Assembly (NCBI GenBank): GCA_951406725.2 | Contig: OX597835.1 | Span: 19,840,001 to 19,904,000 of the forward strand | From: Octopus vulgaris | Taxonomy: Eukaryota | Length of the DNA stretch: 64,000 bases | Direction of reading: 5' to 3' | In this document: positions 28,031 through 41,650 of the stretch, piece by piece | Layout: each line of letters opens with the position of its first letter | Numbering within the stretch: the stretch's first letter is position 1 | The notes under the pieces: model-generated | Told to the model about the DNA's origin: nothing | Seen by the model: only the letters and a program-made list of their open reading frames with translations | Databases searched by the model: none | Position numbers and translations under genes: made by a program

Positions 28031-28920
28031 ATATATATATATATATATAACGAATCTACGTAGTTTTGAATATCTTATGTAAAGTTTGTGATGTAATGTC
28101 GAAGTGATAAAGTAGCTATTTTAATTCGGTATAGAAAGTGAGCCGTCGCCCCCTCACTAGCAAAATTAGATTATAATCAAATATAATTTTCAATATATTA
28201 TGACAATAATAACTACCTAACAAAAATTTGGTGCCATGCCGCATTCTCCCAAAGTTAAGTGGTGGATTATTTATCATATTTCGCAATTCAAAAATTTTAT
28301 GTTATGATACGAGACCAATACATTACGTACGATCCAACTGAAACGGATTTTAATGAATAATTTCATTAAAAAACAGTTTCTCTTTGTTTTTCATATCTCC
28401 GGTTTGGATATCCTTGATGCCAGTTTATGAATGCTGAGACACGTATTGCTTATAAATAGAAATAAGCGAACGTTAAATATGAATGGTTGACTAAAATTAT
28501 TGTTAATGATATCCAAAATAACTTGAATTAAACAGTCATTCTTTAGGATGTCTTAATCGAAAATCATTCACCTTCCTAACAATTTTCCTTGACATTCGAT
28601 ATATTTTAGAAATCATTATTAATAATGCTTATATTCTCCGAATGTGTCAATCGGTGGAATTTCAATTCCTTTATACAAACTCTCGTGACAATGGTAAATA
28701 TATAATGTTTGTTAGTTAAGAACCATAGGCTGATAAGTGACTATTTCTTTCAAAATATGAATAGGAAGTGTCGCCCTGGCAGACGCTACGTAATACAAGA
28801 GTGTAAACACGGATTCATAAATGTAATAAATAATAAATATACTATTAGTAATATAAAGCCAATAATTCAGAGTAAGATAGCACGGAAACATTCTTTCTTT
28901 TACTATTTCTGATCAGTAAG

Positions 28921-29600
28921 ACGGCGAGCTGGCAGAAATGCTTAGCTGTATTTAGTATGACTTTATGTTCAGAGTTTAAATTCCGCCGAGGGCGACTTTG
29001 CATTTCATCCTTTCGGGGTCGATTAAATAAGCAGCAGTTACGCACTGGGGTCGATGTAATCGAGTTAATCCGTTTGTCTCTCCTTGTTTGTCCTCTCTCT
29101 GTTTAGCTCTTTGTGGGTAATAAAGAAATAGGTATTTCGTCTGCCGCTACGTTCTGAGTTCAAATTCTGCCGAGGTCAACTTTACCCTTCATTGTTTTCG
29201 GGGTCGATTAAATAAGTACCAGTTACGCACTGGGGTCGATATAATCGACTTAATCCGTTTGCGTGTCCTTGTTTCTCCCCTCTGTGTGTAGCCCTTTGTG
29301 GGCACTAAAGAAATAGGTATTTCGTATGTCTTTATGACCTAAGTTCAAATTACGGTGTTGATAATATAAGTATCAGTTCTGTACGGGAGTCGATCTAATC
29401 GAATAGTCCCCTCCCCCAAAATTTCTGGCCTTGTGCCTCCAGTAGAAAACAATATTACTGATCAGAAAGACGGCGAGCTTCCAGAATCATTTGTACTCTG
29501 AGCAAAATGCTTAGCTGCTTTGCGACCACTTGGGCTCAACGTAATCGACACCCCCCTCCTCCGAGATTGCTATCCTTGTGTTAAAGTTATGACCAATATT
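28921..29600 (+). mobile_element. Tandem array of family C SINE units (starts at 28921, 29132, 29317) plus an older copy at 29470
   Basis: ~185-bp units joined at AAAGAAATAG|GTATTTCG. Confidence 0.9.
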
Positions 29601-30579
29601 ATCGATCAGTTAAAAGATTCAGATTGGTAGGATTTTACAGTGTAATGAAAAAGCAAATGATCTTTGGAATATAAGTTTATTCTATCAATTTTAAAAATGT
29701 GGTTTCAAATTGAAGCACTTTTCATTCTTTAATTTCATTTTCGTGCCTTTTATGATAGAAATTGCCAAACATAAACTAAATTTGATGTGTAACTACAATC
29801 CATTCGCAATGGGTGGTAGAGTAACGTAACAGTAATATACTGAGGTAGATACCATCATCTCTTTCAGCTTACGAAACATGTGGCCCAGAGCATAAAGAAG
29901 AAATCGATAAGAAGCAACACGTAAATAAGATACCCTAGTGAGTAATAACTATTTACTGGTCACTAGTTTATAGCATAAAACAAAATAAAATGGCCGCAAA
30001 CAGCCAAACAAACCAGACAATATCAGTGTTGATATTAAGTGATATAATACCATACAACACTTACGGAAAGTTGCCTCGTAACAACCGCACTTTGAAACAT
30101 ATCTTCAACCTTCCTTTTATTATTTAATTCCCATGAAACACATTACAATTCCGTAAATGGTATTAATACATTTTTAAGATTATAACAGAAGACTCCATCT
30201 TTACAATAAAGCTCAGAGGACACACGGAACAACATAACCGCCATAAACGTTCAAATGACAAAGCTATCTGAAACTTTGTTGAACGTGTAGACGATATATT
30301 AGTTTTAACACACATTAAAAGACATATAAATTTCCTTATATTATATTTCCTTAACTGAATTCTACTTAGAAATATCGATGTTGAATAGTATTATTGATGA
30401 AATGGTGTTACTCACTAAATCTATCCCCTCACACCTTTCCACCTCTCACGCGAACACACAGATATACACGTATTTATGTCTACACGAACTAATGATTATC
30501 TCTCTCGCTATCTCTTTCTGATTCCCTCCACACTCTCTCACCCGCTTCCCTCTATCTGTCTTTTTCTCTATCTAATTGA

Positions 30580-30683
30580 ATATCTATCCATCTATCTATA
30601 TATCTGTCTGTCCGTCTGTCTAACTCTCTGTCTGTCTGCCTGTCTGTGAATAGGTATGTGTATATATATGTTTACATATCTAT

Positions 30684-30743
<60 letters not shown>

Positions 30744-30876
30744 CATACGCGCACACACATATATGTAGCAACATGTGCATGCAAATATAACTCTATATAA
30801 CTGTATATATAAATATATTTACGTGTGTATGTGTATATGTATATATCTGTATATCTATATATATTTATATAAGTAC

Positions 30877-30910
<34 letters not shown>

Positions 30911-31113
30911 ATATATATAGATAGATATAGATATATACGTATATATGTTCACTCATGTATGTGTGCCGTGTGCATACGTATATATTTGTATTTGCATGCA
31001 CATACAGAGACACCCAGACATGCAAGGAGGCCCACATCTATAAACCCGTTACTTCATTTTATATCTCTCCCTTGGTACCTTTATATATATATATATGTGT
31101 GCATACATATACA

Positions 31114-31184
<71 letters not shown>

Positions 31185-31519
31185 ATGTGCGCGTCTGTGT
31201 TTGAGTGAATATATAGTTTTCCCGTGTATGTTACCAGTATTTGTGAGAGAGAAAATTAATTATAGTGAGACATAAATATATCCAAATACGTCTGAGTTTA
31301 TGTGTATTGGCGTGTAAATGTGGTTCGTGAGATTGGTTTAGATATATGGCTATACGTATGCCAAGATAGGTAGTTAACACTAGGTAGGAGATCATAATTA
31401 CATCGTGATGTATGAAGGTATGAGAAAATATGTACTTATGCAAAGAATACAATGTGTTTTGTAAGGCTACATAAACATACACACTTAGACAGACGCGTCA
31501 ATTTATGTGGGTGTATGTT

Positions 31520-31583
<64 letters not shown>

Positions 31584-32058
31584 GAGACATAGAGAGATAC
31601 ATGTATACATGGGTGTGTGTGAAGTGTATTTGTATGTGATTCTGTACTGTATGTATATATATATGTATATATTTCTATATATACCTGCTTATTTCTCTCT
31701 ATATATATAGACACAGGGACATAGTGGAGATAGAAGTGGGATAGAGAGAGATAGAAGAGTGGGAGGAATACAGCGGCACACATAGTACATAACATTGGGT
31801 TCAGTCAAGGCACCATTAAGCGTAACGCATATACATATATAGATATATATATGTATATACATGTATGTTTGTGTATGATTGTATAATTACATATAAGAGC
31901 ATATATACATATATACACAGAAAGACACGAATGTATACAGGTACATGCGCAAGCAATATATGATATATATCCTTATATATATTTACTTATATACATATAT
32001 ATACACACACACATATTAACGCGCATATATATGTATATGTATACATGCATATACAGAA

Positions 32059-32100
<42 letters not shown>

Positions 32101-32820
32101 AACATATTAACGCGCGTATATATGTGTATGTATACACGCATATACAGAAATATGTGTGTGTATGTATATATATATATATGTGTGAGTGGTTGTATGTGTG
32201 TATGTTGTATGCATGCAAGTATGTATATACGTATTTATGATAGCGTGTGCACACAAAGGCATAGAGGTGCACAATCACACACAGAAGGAGAGAGAGAGAG
32301 AGAGAGAGAGAGGGAGAAGGCCAACTCACAGGTGCGCTCACTTCAGATTTCTTAATATTGTTATACACAGAGCGAGAGGGGGGGGAGTCAAATAAAAAGT
32401 TTGGGATGAAGAGATAAATCATGTGTTGCTGGCATGATTAACAGTTTTAACTTCAATCTCTGGAGGTCATTCTTGGAATAGCCAATACTCGCTCTTCCAC
32501 CAACTTTCCTTCCAACACCTCACCTTTTTTTTTCTTATATTCTTGGGTAATTTTGACAGTTATGATTTATTTCTCACAATATCTTTTGTCTGTTGGTAGT
32601 TTTCCTTTCCCTGTTTTTTTTTTTCTTCTTCTGTAATTCGGCTAAATACATATTATGAACACACAGACACGCACATACACAAACAAGTACACACACACAC
32701 ACACACACACAACATTCATATATATATGAGCATGTGAATATAAGTATAAATGAGTACACATACACATGCGTATACATATAAACCTATGCATATGTATATG
32801 TATATATAAATATATATGTG

Positions 32821-32879
<59 letters not shown>

Positions 32880-33419
32880 GTTTATATGCAGTCATTTTTA
32901 TGACATACACATGTGTATGACAAAATATATATGTATATATATATAGAAATATGTACTTACATATATGTTTGTATGAATACATATGCACACTCGCACACAC
33001 TTATGCACGCACATACACTTATATACACACGTATATAGCTATATATGTAAATATATACTTTGCAAATGCGCACAGTTTTATACACCAATGGAAAGCGATA
33101 CACTCCGCTAGTCATAGACAAACATTTCGTTTTTGAGGTCATTGCTTTAAAACATTTCTTAGGTATTACTTAAAACAATCTCTCTAAGACAGTGTATAAT
33201 ATATATGATTGTATATGCATTTATATTTATAGAAGGGTATATACAATATATTGTATTTACTAGAGAAACTTTTCGTAAAACTATCAAAGGCAGTCACACA
33301 GTAGGTCTATCCTATAAAACTGGGAATCGAAGAGACTGGGTGTCATAAATACAAACGTGTATACATACGTACTTACACACTGAGACGTTGAAAGAAATAG
33401 ATAAATAAATAAATTTGCT

Positions 33420-33469
<50 letters not shown>

Positions 33470-33470
33470 G
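30580..33470. repeat. Extended (TA)n/(TG)n/(GA)n low-complexity field
   Basis: Directly visible; includes a short tandem duplication at ~32010-32153. Confidence 0.85.
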
Positions 33471-34074
33471 ACGTTTATATGTGTGTGCATCTGTGTGTGT
33501 GCTTGTGTAAGCATTTATAGTCACTCACAATCAAACAGGGCTCGAAGATCTTAACAAATAAAACGTTTCAAAGTTGTATATATACATTTTCGAGAAGAAA
33601 AAAAATCAAAGAATTAAGTACGTTTGTATAGCTATATTTTTATTTCTGTTCATAAATATTCATGTCTTTAAAATAGAAGAAACACAAAGCAGTGATTAAC
33701 TGTTGAGATATACGATCAAGGTAAAAATTTATTATTATTTTTAGTTTCTGGTATGTCTATTCGCTTTATATATCTCGGAACACATTCTCAAACGCGGAAA
33801 ACATAAGACATACAATGAAATATATATCGAATATATATATGGAGACAGATTCGTCTAGATCTATGCCTGTATGAATTGATGTACAAATATAAATATATGT
33901 ACGTCTGCAACTTTGGTTAATTATTGTGATTAATCTATTATGCTTAGAAGTAATGAACATATGCGGCAAGGGTAAGACAGTAATCTCAAGATATGAGCCT
34001 ATATTCTATGCATCCATAATATTGCACCCATATACTTCATGCACACATACTCGTGCAAAGAAATATACAGAATA

Positions 34075-34307
34075 CCTATTTCTTTACTACCCACAGGGGG
34101 CTAAACACAGAGAGGACAAAAAAGGACAGACAAATGGATTAAGTCGATTACATCGACTCCAGTGCATAACTGGTACTTAATTTATCGACCCCGAAAGGAT
34201 GAAAGGCAAAGTCAACCTCGGCGGAATTTGAACTCAGTACGTAGCGGCAGACGAAGTACGGTTACGCATTTCGCCCGGCGTGCTAACGTTTCTGCCAGCT
34301 CGCCGCC
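34075..34307 (-). mobile_element. SINE family C, full length with TSD
   Basis: TSD TATACAGAATA at 34064-34074 and 34308-34318; B box GAGTTCAAATTCC on the minus strand. Confidence 0.93.
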
Positions 34308-34798
34308 TATACAGAATATCATTGAGTTGTATTTTCGAATATGTATTTCCATCATGAAGTTGTATGTGTTTAAATATACATTCATAAACGCACACATACA
34401 CATCAATCTATCTCAATCGCTTTCTCTCTCTCTCTCTCTCCCCCTCTCCCTCTTTACACACACACACACGTATATATATATATACATATATCTAAATTGT
34501 TTTGTAAGCGAAAGTCTACGCTGTTTGGATACTTAGATAGTAACGAGTGAAACCATGGTAGGTAGTTAATCGTTTCTCAATTCATATATTTTCATTTATA
34601 TTTCTCATTTTTACATTTTAGCATTTTGCTGAGAGATTTCTTGAGAACATATTCTTCGTGGTAATAGCGATTTGACGACTGTATTTAGTATATTAGGTGT
34701 TCACTTTAGTTGTCATTCCTCTTAATTTTGTGTGTATATATATATATATATATACATACATATATATATATATATATGCATACATATATATATATGTG

Positions 34799-34868
<70 letters not shown>

Positions 34869-34870
<2 letters not shown>

Positions 34871-35066
34871 TCCCGGGTTGAGTAGGGGGTTAACCACAGT
34901 AAATAAGGTACTCAATACATAGCAGAGTAAATTAATTTATCTTATAGAAGGAGCTTCTACAGGACTAGAACTGTTTCATTCAAATGAAATCATCAGGAAG
35001 CCCGATGATTTCATTTGAATGAAACAATTCTAGTCCTGTAGAACTCCTTCTATAAAATAAATTAAT
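34869..35066 (-). mobile_element. TA-embedded element with a 66-bp inverted duplication carrying hammerhead-like cores (Penelope-like inverted pLTR)
   Basis: Palindrome 34931-35066; CTGATGA...GAAAC on the minus arm and CCGATGA...GAAAC on the plus arm. Confidence 0.6.
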
Positions 35067-35270
35067 ATATATATATGTATATATACATCTTTACGTAGTC
35101 CTCACATGTTTCTACCGTAGCCATTAGTAACCGTTCCAATTGCAACCCCAATATAATGCCCATGTTGTATCTTCTTCTTACTGTAAATTAATATATTTCG
35201 GTTTAACAGTTAAATCTCTCTCCCTACTTTCTCTCTATCTATCTGTGTTTCTATCTATATATCTATCTAT

Positions 35271-35355
<85 letters not shown>

Positions 35356-35371
35356 ATAATTATTATTTGCA

Positions 35372-35695
35372 TTATTAGGTATCAGTTCCTCATGTGCTCC
35401 CAGGCATATCCAGCAGCTTGCTGATGCCGCTTGCTACTATTGGCTACGGATTTCTGTACAGTGGGCCATATGATATTGGCCTCTCACATATCTTTTTTCC
35501 CTCTCGTCTGGCGTCAATTTTAAAGGTGATTTTTTTCAACGGGGTTTTTATAATAACTGAATTATATTCCCTGCTAGATTAAGTTTTCCTTCCATGTTTA
35601 TTTTTGTTATGTGGTCTCATGTTGATTTATTTCTAGAAACTACTTATTGGTTACGTGTTCTAGCCAGCATGTTCTCATGACACTTCTCAAACATC
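35372..35695 (-). pseudogene. Decayed RTE-like LINE 3' end
   Basis: Minus strand RSVMRTCWLEHVTNK*FL resembles the RTE RRILxIxWxDxVTNxEVL motif; ends in a short TAA tail. Confidence 0.45.
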
Positions 35696-35713
35696 TTTCA
35701 TGAAATACATTTG

Positions 35714-35749
<36 letters not shown>

Positions 35750-35754
<5 letters not shown>

Positions 35755-35985
35755 ATTAGAGATAAAACCAGTATTATGCAAATCAAACAATGAAAAACTT
35801 AAGCCAATACATAAAATTAATTAATTTATATTATTTTAAATATATATCAAAATTATTAAAATATTAATAAAAGATAATGATTAAAACACTACGATCGTTT
35901 CATGGCTGTCCAATTCGTAATAATTCGATTTATGGTTGCAGTCAATCATCAGGTGATTGAAATATTTATCTTAGCGAGGTTTAGC
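35750..35985 (-). mobile_element. TA-adjacent Penelope-like pLTR fragment
   Basis: Abuts (TA)n and contains the hammerhead at 35887-35955. Confidence 0.55.
35887..35955 (-). ncRNA. Minimal type I hammerhead ribozyme motif with a canonical core
   Basis: Minus strand: CAC-CUGAUGA-UUGACUG[30 nt]CAGCCAU-GAAA-CGAUCG-UA-GUG; stem I CAC/GUG, palindromic stem III, GUA cleavage triplet. Confidence 0.6.
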
Positions 35986-36680
35986 AATGTGTGTGTGTGT
36001 GTGTGTGTGTATGTGTGTGTGTGTGTGCGTGTGTGTGTGTATGAGTGTGGGTGTGTGTATGTGTGATGTGAACGTGCTGATGCGTGATTGTGTATGTGTT
36101 TGTGCGTTTGTATCTAACATAAATGTATCAAAATTCATGTAGATGGTTTATAGATTCTCGTTTGCAATCTGAACCTGGTGACCTATATATACAGAATAAA
36201 ATAAATGTGTTCTGTTTGATTAGCAAATGCAGTGTTCGCTTCGAAGAATTTCGCATGAAATTCAAGAATATAATCAAAGGAAACAAAGAAATGTAACGAA
36301 TTGCTTATCTTTAATTAAGTAAGGGTGTTTAATTACACATTTTTCAATGTAGTCTGGTATGTTAGGCATGTATGTACGCATGTATGTGCATATAAATGTA
36401 TATATGCTTGCATATTTGCATGCATGCATGTATAAGGGGATAATTTTATAACTTCATTAAACCGAAGTTCAAAATTAAAAATCGGAGTGCAGCTGGAAGT
36501 TCTCTGGTGACACTGGGGCGAAAAGCGAAGTAAATTGAAAGATATGTTGAATAAACATTGCAATCGGCCAAAACCACTAATTTATGTAAAACCCAAATTA
36601 TCAAAAATCGACTATAAATATAATATATTAAAGTGATAGAGCACCCAATGGTAAAACACAATAGTATAAAATTTACACAT

Positions 36681-37068
36681 GGGATGGAAGCACTCCGTCG
36701 CTTACGACGACGAGGGTTCCGGTTGATCCGAATCAACGGAACAGCCTGCTCGTGAAATTAACGTGTAAGTGGCTGAGCACTCCACAGACACGTGCAACCC
36801 TTAACGTAGTTCTCAGGGAGATTCAGCGTGACACGGAGAGTGACAAGGCCGGCCCCTTGAAATGCAGGTACAACAGAAACAGGAAGTAAGAGTGAGAGAA
36901 AGTTGTGGTGAAAGAGTACAGCAGGGATCACCACCATCCCCTGCCGGAGCCTCGTGGAGCTTCAGGTGTTTTCGCTCAATAAACCCTCACAACGCCCGGT
37001 CTGGGAAGCGAAACCGCGATCCTATGACCGCGAGTCTGCTGCCCTAACCACTGGGCCATTGCGCCTCC
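36681..37068 (-). mobile_element. SINE family A with TSD
   Basis: TSD AAATTTACACAT at 36669-36680 and 37073-37084. Confidence 0.93.
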
Positions 37069-37217
37069 AATGAAATTTACACATATCCACGAATAAAATG
37101 TGATAAAACCTAAAGGGTATTACGATGGAATATATTTACATTCGGTTTTTGATAATCTGGGAAAGATATCAAATTGTTTTGACTGATTCGGATGTTTACT
37201 CATTATAACTTTACGTA

Positions 37218-37622
37218 TACTCTCTCTTTTTACTTGTTTCAGTCATTTGACTGCGGCCATGCTGGATCACGGCCTTTAGTCGTGCAACTCGACCCCGGGA
37301 CTTATTCTTTGTAAGCCCAGTACTTATTCTATCGGTCTCTTTCGCCGAACCGCTAAGTGACGGGGACGTAAACATACCGGCATCGGTTGTCAAGCAATGC
37401 TAGGGGGACAAACACACACACACACAAACACACACACATGCACATATATACATACATATATACGACAGGTTTCTTTCAGTTTCCGTCTACCAAATCCACT
37501 CACAAGGCATTGGTCGGCCCGGCGCTATAGCAGAAGACACTTGCTCAAATGCCACGCAGTGGGACTGAACCCGGAACCATGTGGTTTGTTAGCAAGCTAC
37601 TTACCACACCGCCACTCCTGCG
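37218..37622 (-). mobile_element. SINE family B
   Basis: Homologous to 9206-9620; internal (CA)/(TA) tract. Confidence 0.9.
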
Positions 37623-38546
37623 TATATATTTATGTTTGTATGTTTTATGTCGCACGTTCGAGTGACTTCTACACCACTTGACCCTGGTCTAGTCTACGAC
37701 GTCTAAACTTCTCCCTATATATCTACGTATTGTGCTAGCCTACTTCATCGTCTGGGAGCGTCGACACAACAGTATGCTACGTATGTATATATGTTTGTGT
37801 GTAGTGTATGTGTACATGGTGGCTGTCAACTTGTGGCCAGGGTAATGTGTCCGTCGTTATTGGCCGTATAAATTGCCAGCAACGCTCTTGCCCAACCTAA
37901 GGCATCCGAATTTGGCTTCAACCGGGTTCGCTCTGTGCAAGATCCATGAATTAATGAAAACAATATTACTCTACTGCATGTATATATAAACATAGGACGA
38001 ACTGTTTCACAGTTCTCCAATGGGGTATGCTAGTTAATTAACTCTCATTCAAACCCCAAGTAATCTACCCGGAATATGCTGATACAAACTACACCTTAGG
38101 AAAATAACCACCAATTCAAGAGGGACAAATATGGAACAATTTCCAGTTTCTATTTCAATTTTCCCCGTTCGAATCAGACGTCAATATCCCTAAACTTTGG
38201 ACACAAATGTATTTTAAACGATATTTTTGTATAGCATATCATACAGAAAACAATATGGAAATTATATAACGCATGGAAAATTATTAGCATAACCAATTCC
38301 CTACATCGCACTCGAATAAATAGTAGGAGGCTATGTTCATTTCTTCATGTTCTGTTTGTGTTTTTGATGTTATTGCCAATGCCGATGTTGTTTGTGTATT
38401 TGTTGTCGTTGTTGTGGCATGTGGTTTCTTTGATTTTTTGTCTTTTCGGTGAGAGGGGAAGAGTGGGGTGGTTTGTCTTCATATCCCCGTATCTTATGCA
38501 GCTTCTCTTCTTTCTGTAAAGGTCTTCTCTCCACCTCTACATCACA

Positions 38547-38932
<386 letters not shown>

Positions 38933-39687
38933 AAATGCATGGCTCACGGCTGCAAATAAAATTTGAAATTTTAATTTAATCGTAGAAAAATAATGCGTTA
39001 AAGAAACATGGACGAACAGGGATGGAAGACGACCGGAGGGGGAAGAAAGCGGGTGGAAGAGATAAAAATATCACATTAGACAGATTACATAATTACTCGG
39101 ATAACTAATGAAGTTGGAGTATTTGTGGTATCTCAGTCTGCTAGAAATTGCATTTAAATGGCCATCAAGACCTACCGCATTGTCTTATATATTAAACATT
39201 ATATAATATCATATATTATATAGTATATATTATATAACATTATATATTATATAATATGCGGAGGCGGTCATCGCGGTAAAATTCTTAGTAGATAACATGG
39301 ATCGGCATAGCAGCATGGCGTAATTATATACGAACATAAATGAGAAGCATCAAAAATGAAGTACTGACCCATTTTGGCGGATATTGCGATGTGAATTCTA
39401 TCATTTGTTGAAGCGATTCCAATATCACTGGATGATGCGTACACACTAAAATCTTCTGTTTTCTTCGTATGTGAAAGTATAGAACGAACTATACTAAAGC
39501 GCTTAATGCACCTAGGTATAAGAATAATGACAATAATATGCGAAGGAAATATATGGTCCGTGTGTAAATCTCCCATGTAAGTTTCATATTTTTGTTTTGG
39601 TCGCTAGGCTTGTTGCTGTTGTTATAGTTCACGACGATGTCGTTGCCGTACATGATGTTTTTATATCATGGTGGTTGTGCTGATGTA

Positions 39688-40103
39688 GGTGGTAGTTGGC
39701 AGAAACGTTAACACGCCGGGCGAAATGCGTAACCGTATTTCGTCTGCCTCTACGTTCTGAGTTCAAATTCCGCCGAGGTCGACTTTGCCTTTCATCCTTT
39801 CGGGGTCGATAAATAAAGTACCAATTTCGCACTGGGGTCGATGTAATAGACTTAATACCTATGTCTGTCCTTGTTTGTCCCCTCTATGTTTAGCCCCTTG
39901 TGGGTAATAAACAAATAGGTATTTCGTCTGCCTCTACGTTCTGAGTTCAAATTCCGCCGAGGTCGACTTTGCCTTTCATCCTTTCGGGGTCGATAAATTA
40001 AGTACCAGTTACGCACTGGGGTCGATGTAATCGACTTAATCCGTTCGCCTGTCCTTGTTTATCCCCTCTGTGTTTAGCCCCTTGTGGGTAGTAAAGAAAT
40101 AGG
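39688..40103 (+). mobile_element. Family C SINE dimer (second unit from 39919)
   Basis: 184-bp period with junction AAATAG|GTATTTCG. Confidence 0.92.
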
Positions 40104-40872
40104 TAGCGCTGTTGATATATTCAGAATCATGTTAGATCTGGTTTAGGCAACCCGTTACATACGAAGAGGTAAGCAATGTATGCAATGATATGAGGCATTT
40201 TGTACCACGCATTGATACTAAATCTGGTTTGCAAAATTAGTAATCAAAGCAAATGTAATCTACATAAATTATACTAATCGCGATTATGATAATTGTTATC
40301 AAACAATGAAAATAATCAAAAGCCATTATAAATTCTCCAGTAATCTAATTAACAAAGTCTACTAGATTACGGAATTCAATGGGGTGGGTATCAAGACAGT
40401 AAAAACTAAATAATTTTCGGGATTATTACCCCTTATGGGTGAGGTAGAAGAATGAACTGGAGCCTTGTGTTGAGTTATAACAATCAACAGGACACTTGTG
40501 AAGTAATGGTAGATATATTAAGTATAAATCGATATGAAGTGAAGTGGACCACGGGCAACTGCTTCATAGGCGCGTAATAGTTATTCATGTGGAAGCCTAA
40601 GGGATGTATAAAACGATGACAATTAGTTGAGGGTATGCACATGGTTGTATGTTCTATCTTTATGTATGTCAGTAGTTCTAGTGACGAAACGAAGACGAAA
40701 CAATCTAAACTTTTTAATTAATTACATTAAAATAAATTACAATTCTAATGTATAGAATAATGATCGAAAGCGGTACAATTTTTAAAATATAATTTTCAAA
40801 TAGTTTTATTAAATTCCTTCTTAAATTAAAATGACTTGAATCTAATTCTCTGCTATTTGCACCGCTATCTAA

Positions 40873-41272
40873 TATAAAGTAGCACCTCGGTTTTCGAAGA
40901 ACTCTAATCACAAATAAATCGTGCTTTATATATATCTATATCAATCATTATATATATATATATATATATATAGTTAATCCAAACAAGAAAACACAGAAAA
41001 AATACAGCAACGTGAGGACGTGGAACAATTACAGTATTATTTGACGCTCAGGAAAGAAGGGAAGGAGGGTTTAACGTTTCGAGCGGGGCTCTTCTTCGGA
41101 AACAAAGGAGAAGGAAAGATCTCGAGAAGGGAAGACAGAGGAAAAAATTTTTTTGCTGGTGGTGCTCAAGAGATCACAGATAGATAAATAGATAGATAGA
41201 TATACACACATACATATAAATCACGATTTATTCGTGATCGGAGTTGTTTGAAAACCGAGGTATAACTGTATA
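40873..41272. mobile_element. Inverted-repeat (MITE-like) element with ~58 bp arms at 40873-40930 and 41215-41272 around a microsatellite centre
   Basis: ACCTCGGTTTTCGAAGAACTCTAATCACAAATAAATCGTG pairs with CACGATTTATTCGTGATCGGAGTTGTTTGAAAACCGAGGT. Confidence 0.7.
40972..41178 (-). mobile_element. TA-embedded element, subfamily H2, with hammerhead-like motif at 41069-41103
   Basis: Minus strand GTTT-CCGAAGAA-GAGC ccc GCTC-GAAA-CG-TT-AAAC; homologous to 1786-1988. Confidence 0.7.
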
Positions 41273-41459
41273 CATATATATAGCCAGTGGCTATATATAT
41301 GTATGAATGTAAATCTATGTAGTATCAAGTACTTTATCTGACTTTAATGTATTAATGTTTTTTTTTTAAGTTGCGTGTCTGTCTGGGAGGAATTCTGAAT
41401 GGAATTTCATGATCTTCCATAAAAAAATACGCCATATCACTCAGATCTTCTAACTATAG

Positions 41460-41650
41460 TTTCAAATTTTGGCATAACGCCACCAGTATTAAGGGAGAGG
41501 CTGTGTGGATTAGGTTGACCCCAGTGGGGGACGTGTCCTTAGGTTATCCGCCCCGAAAGTACAAACAGCAAACTGTGCAGCGCTTCGATTCAGAACGTTA
41601 AGACGTATGGAATGCTATGAAGTGTTTTGTCCAGCATGCAGCTCGTCTCC
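41460..41650 (-). mobile_element. Highly decayed family-C-related SINE
   Basis: GACCCCAGT, CCCCGAAAG, TCAGAACGT and CAGCTCG remnants in the family C order. Confidence 0.5.

Noticed and set aside
28921-29460. CRISPR-like or satellite interpretation of the tandem units
   Set aside because: The units are whole SINE bodies with no unique spacers, and the context is eukaryotic
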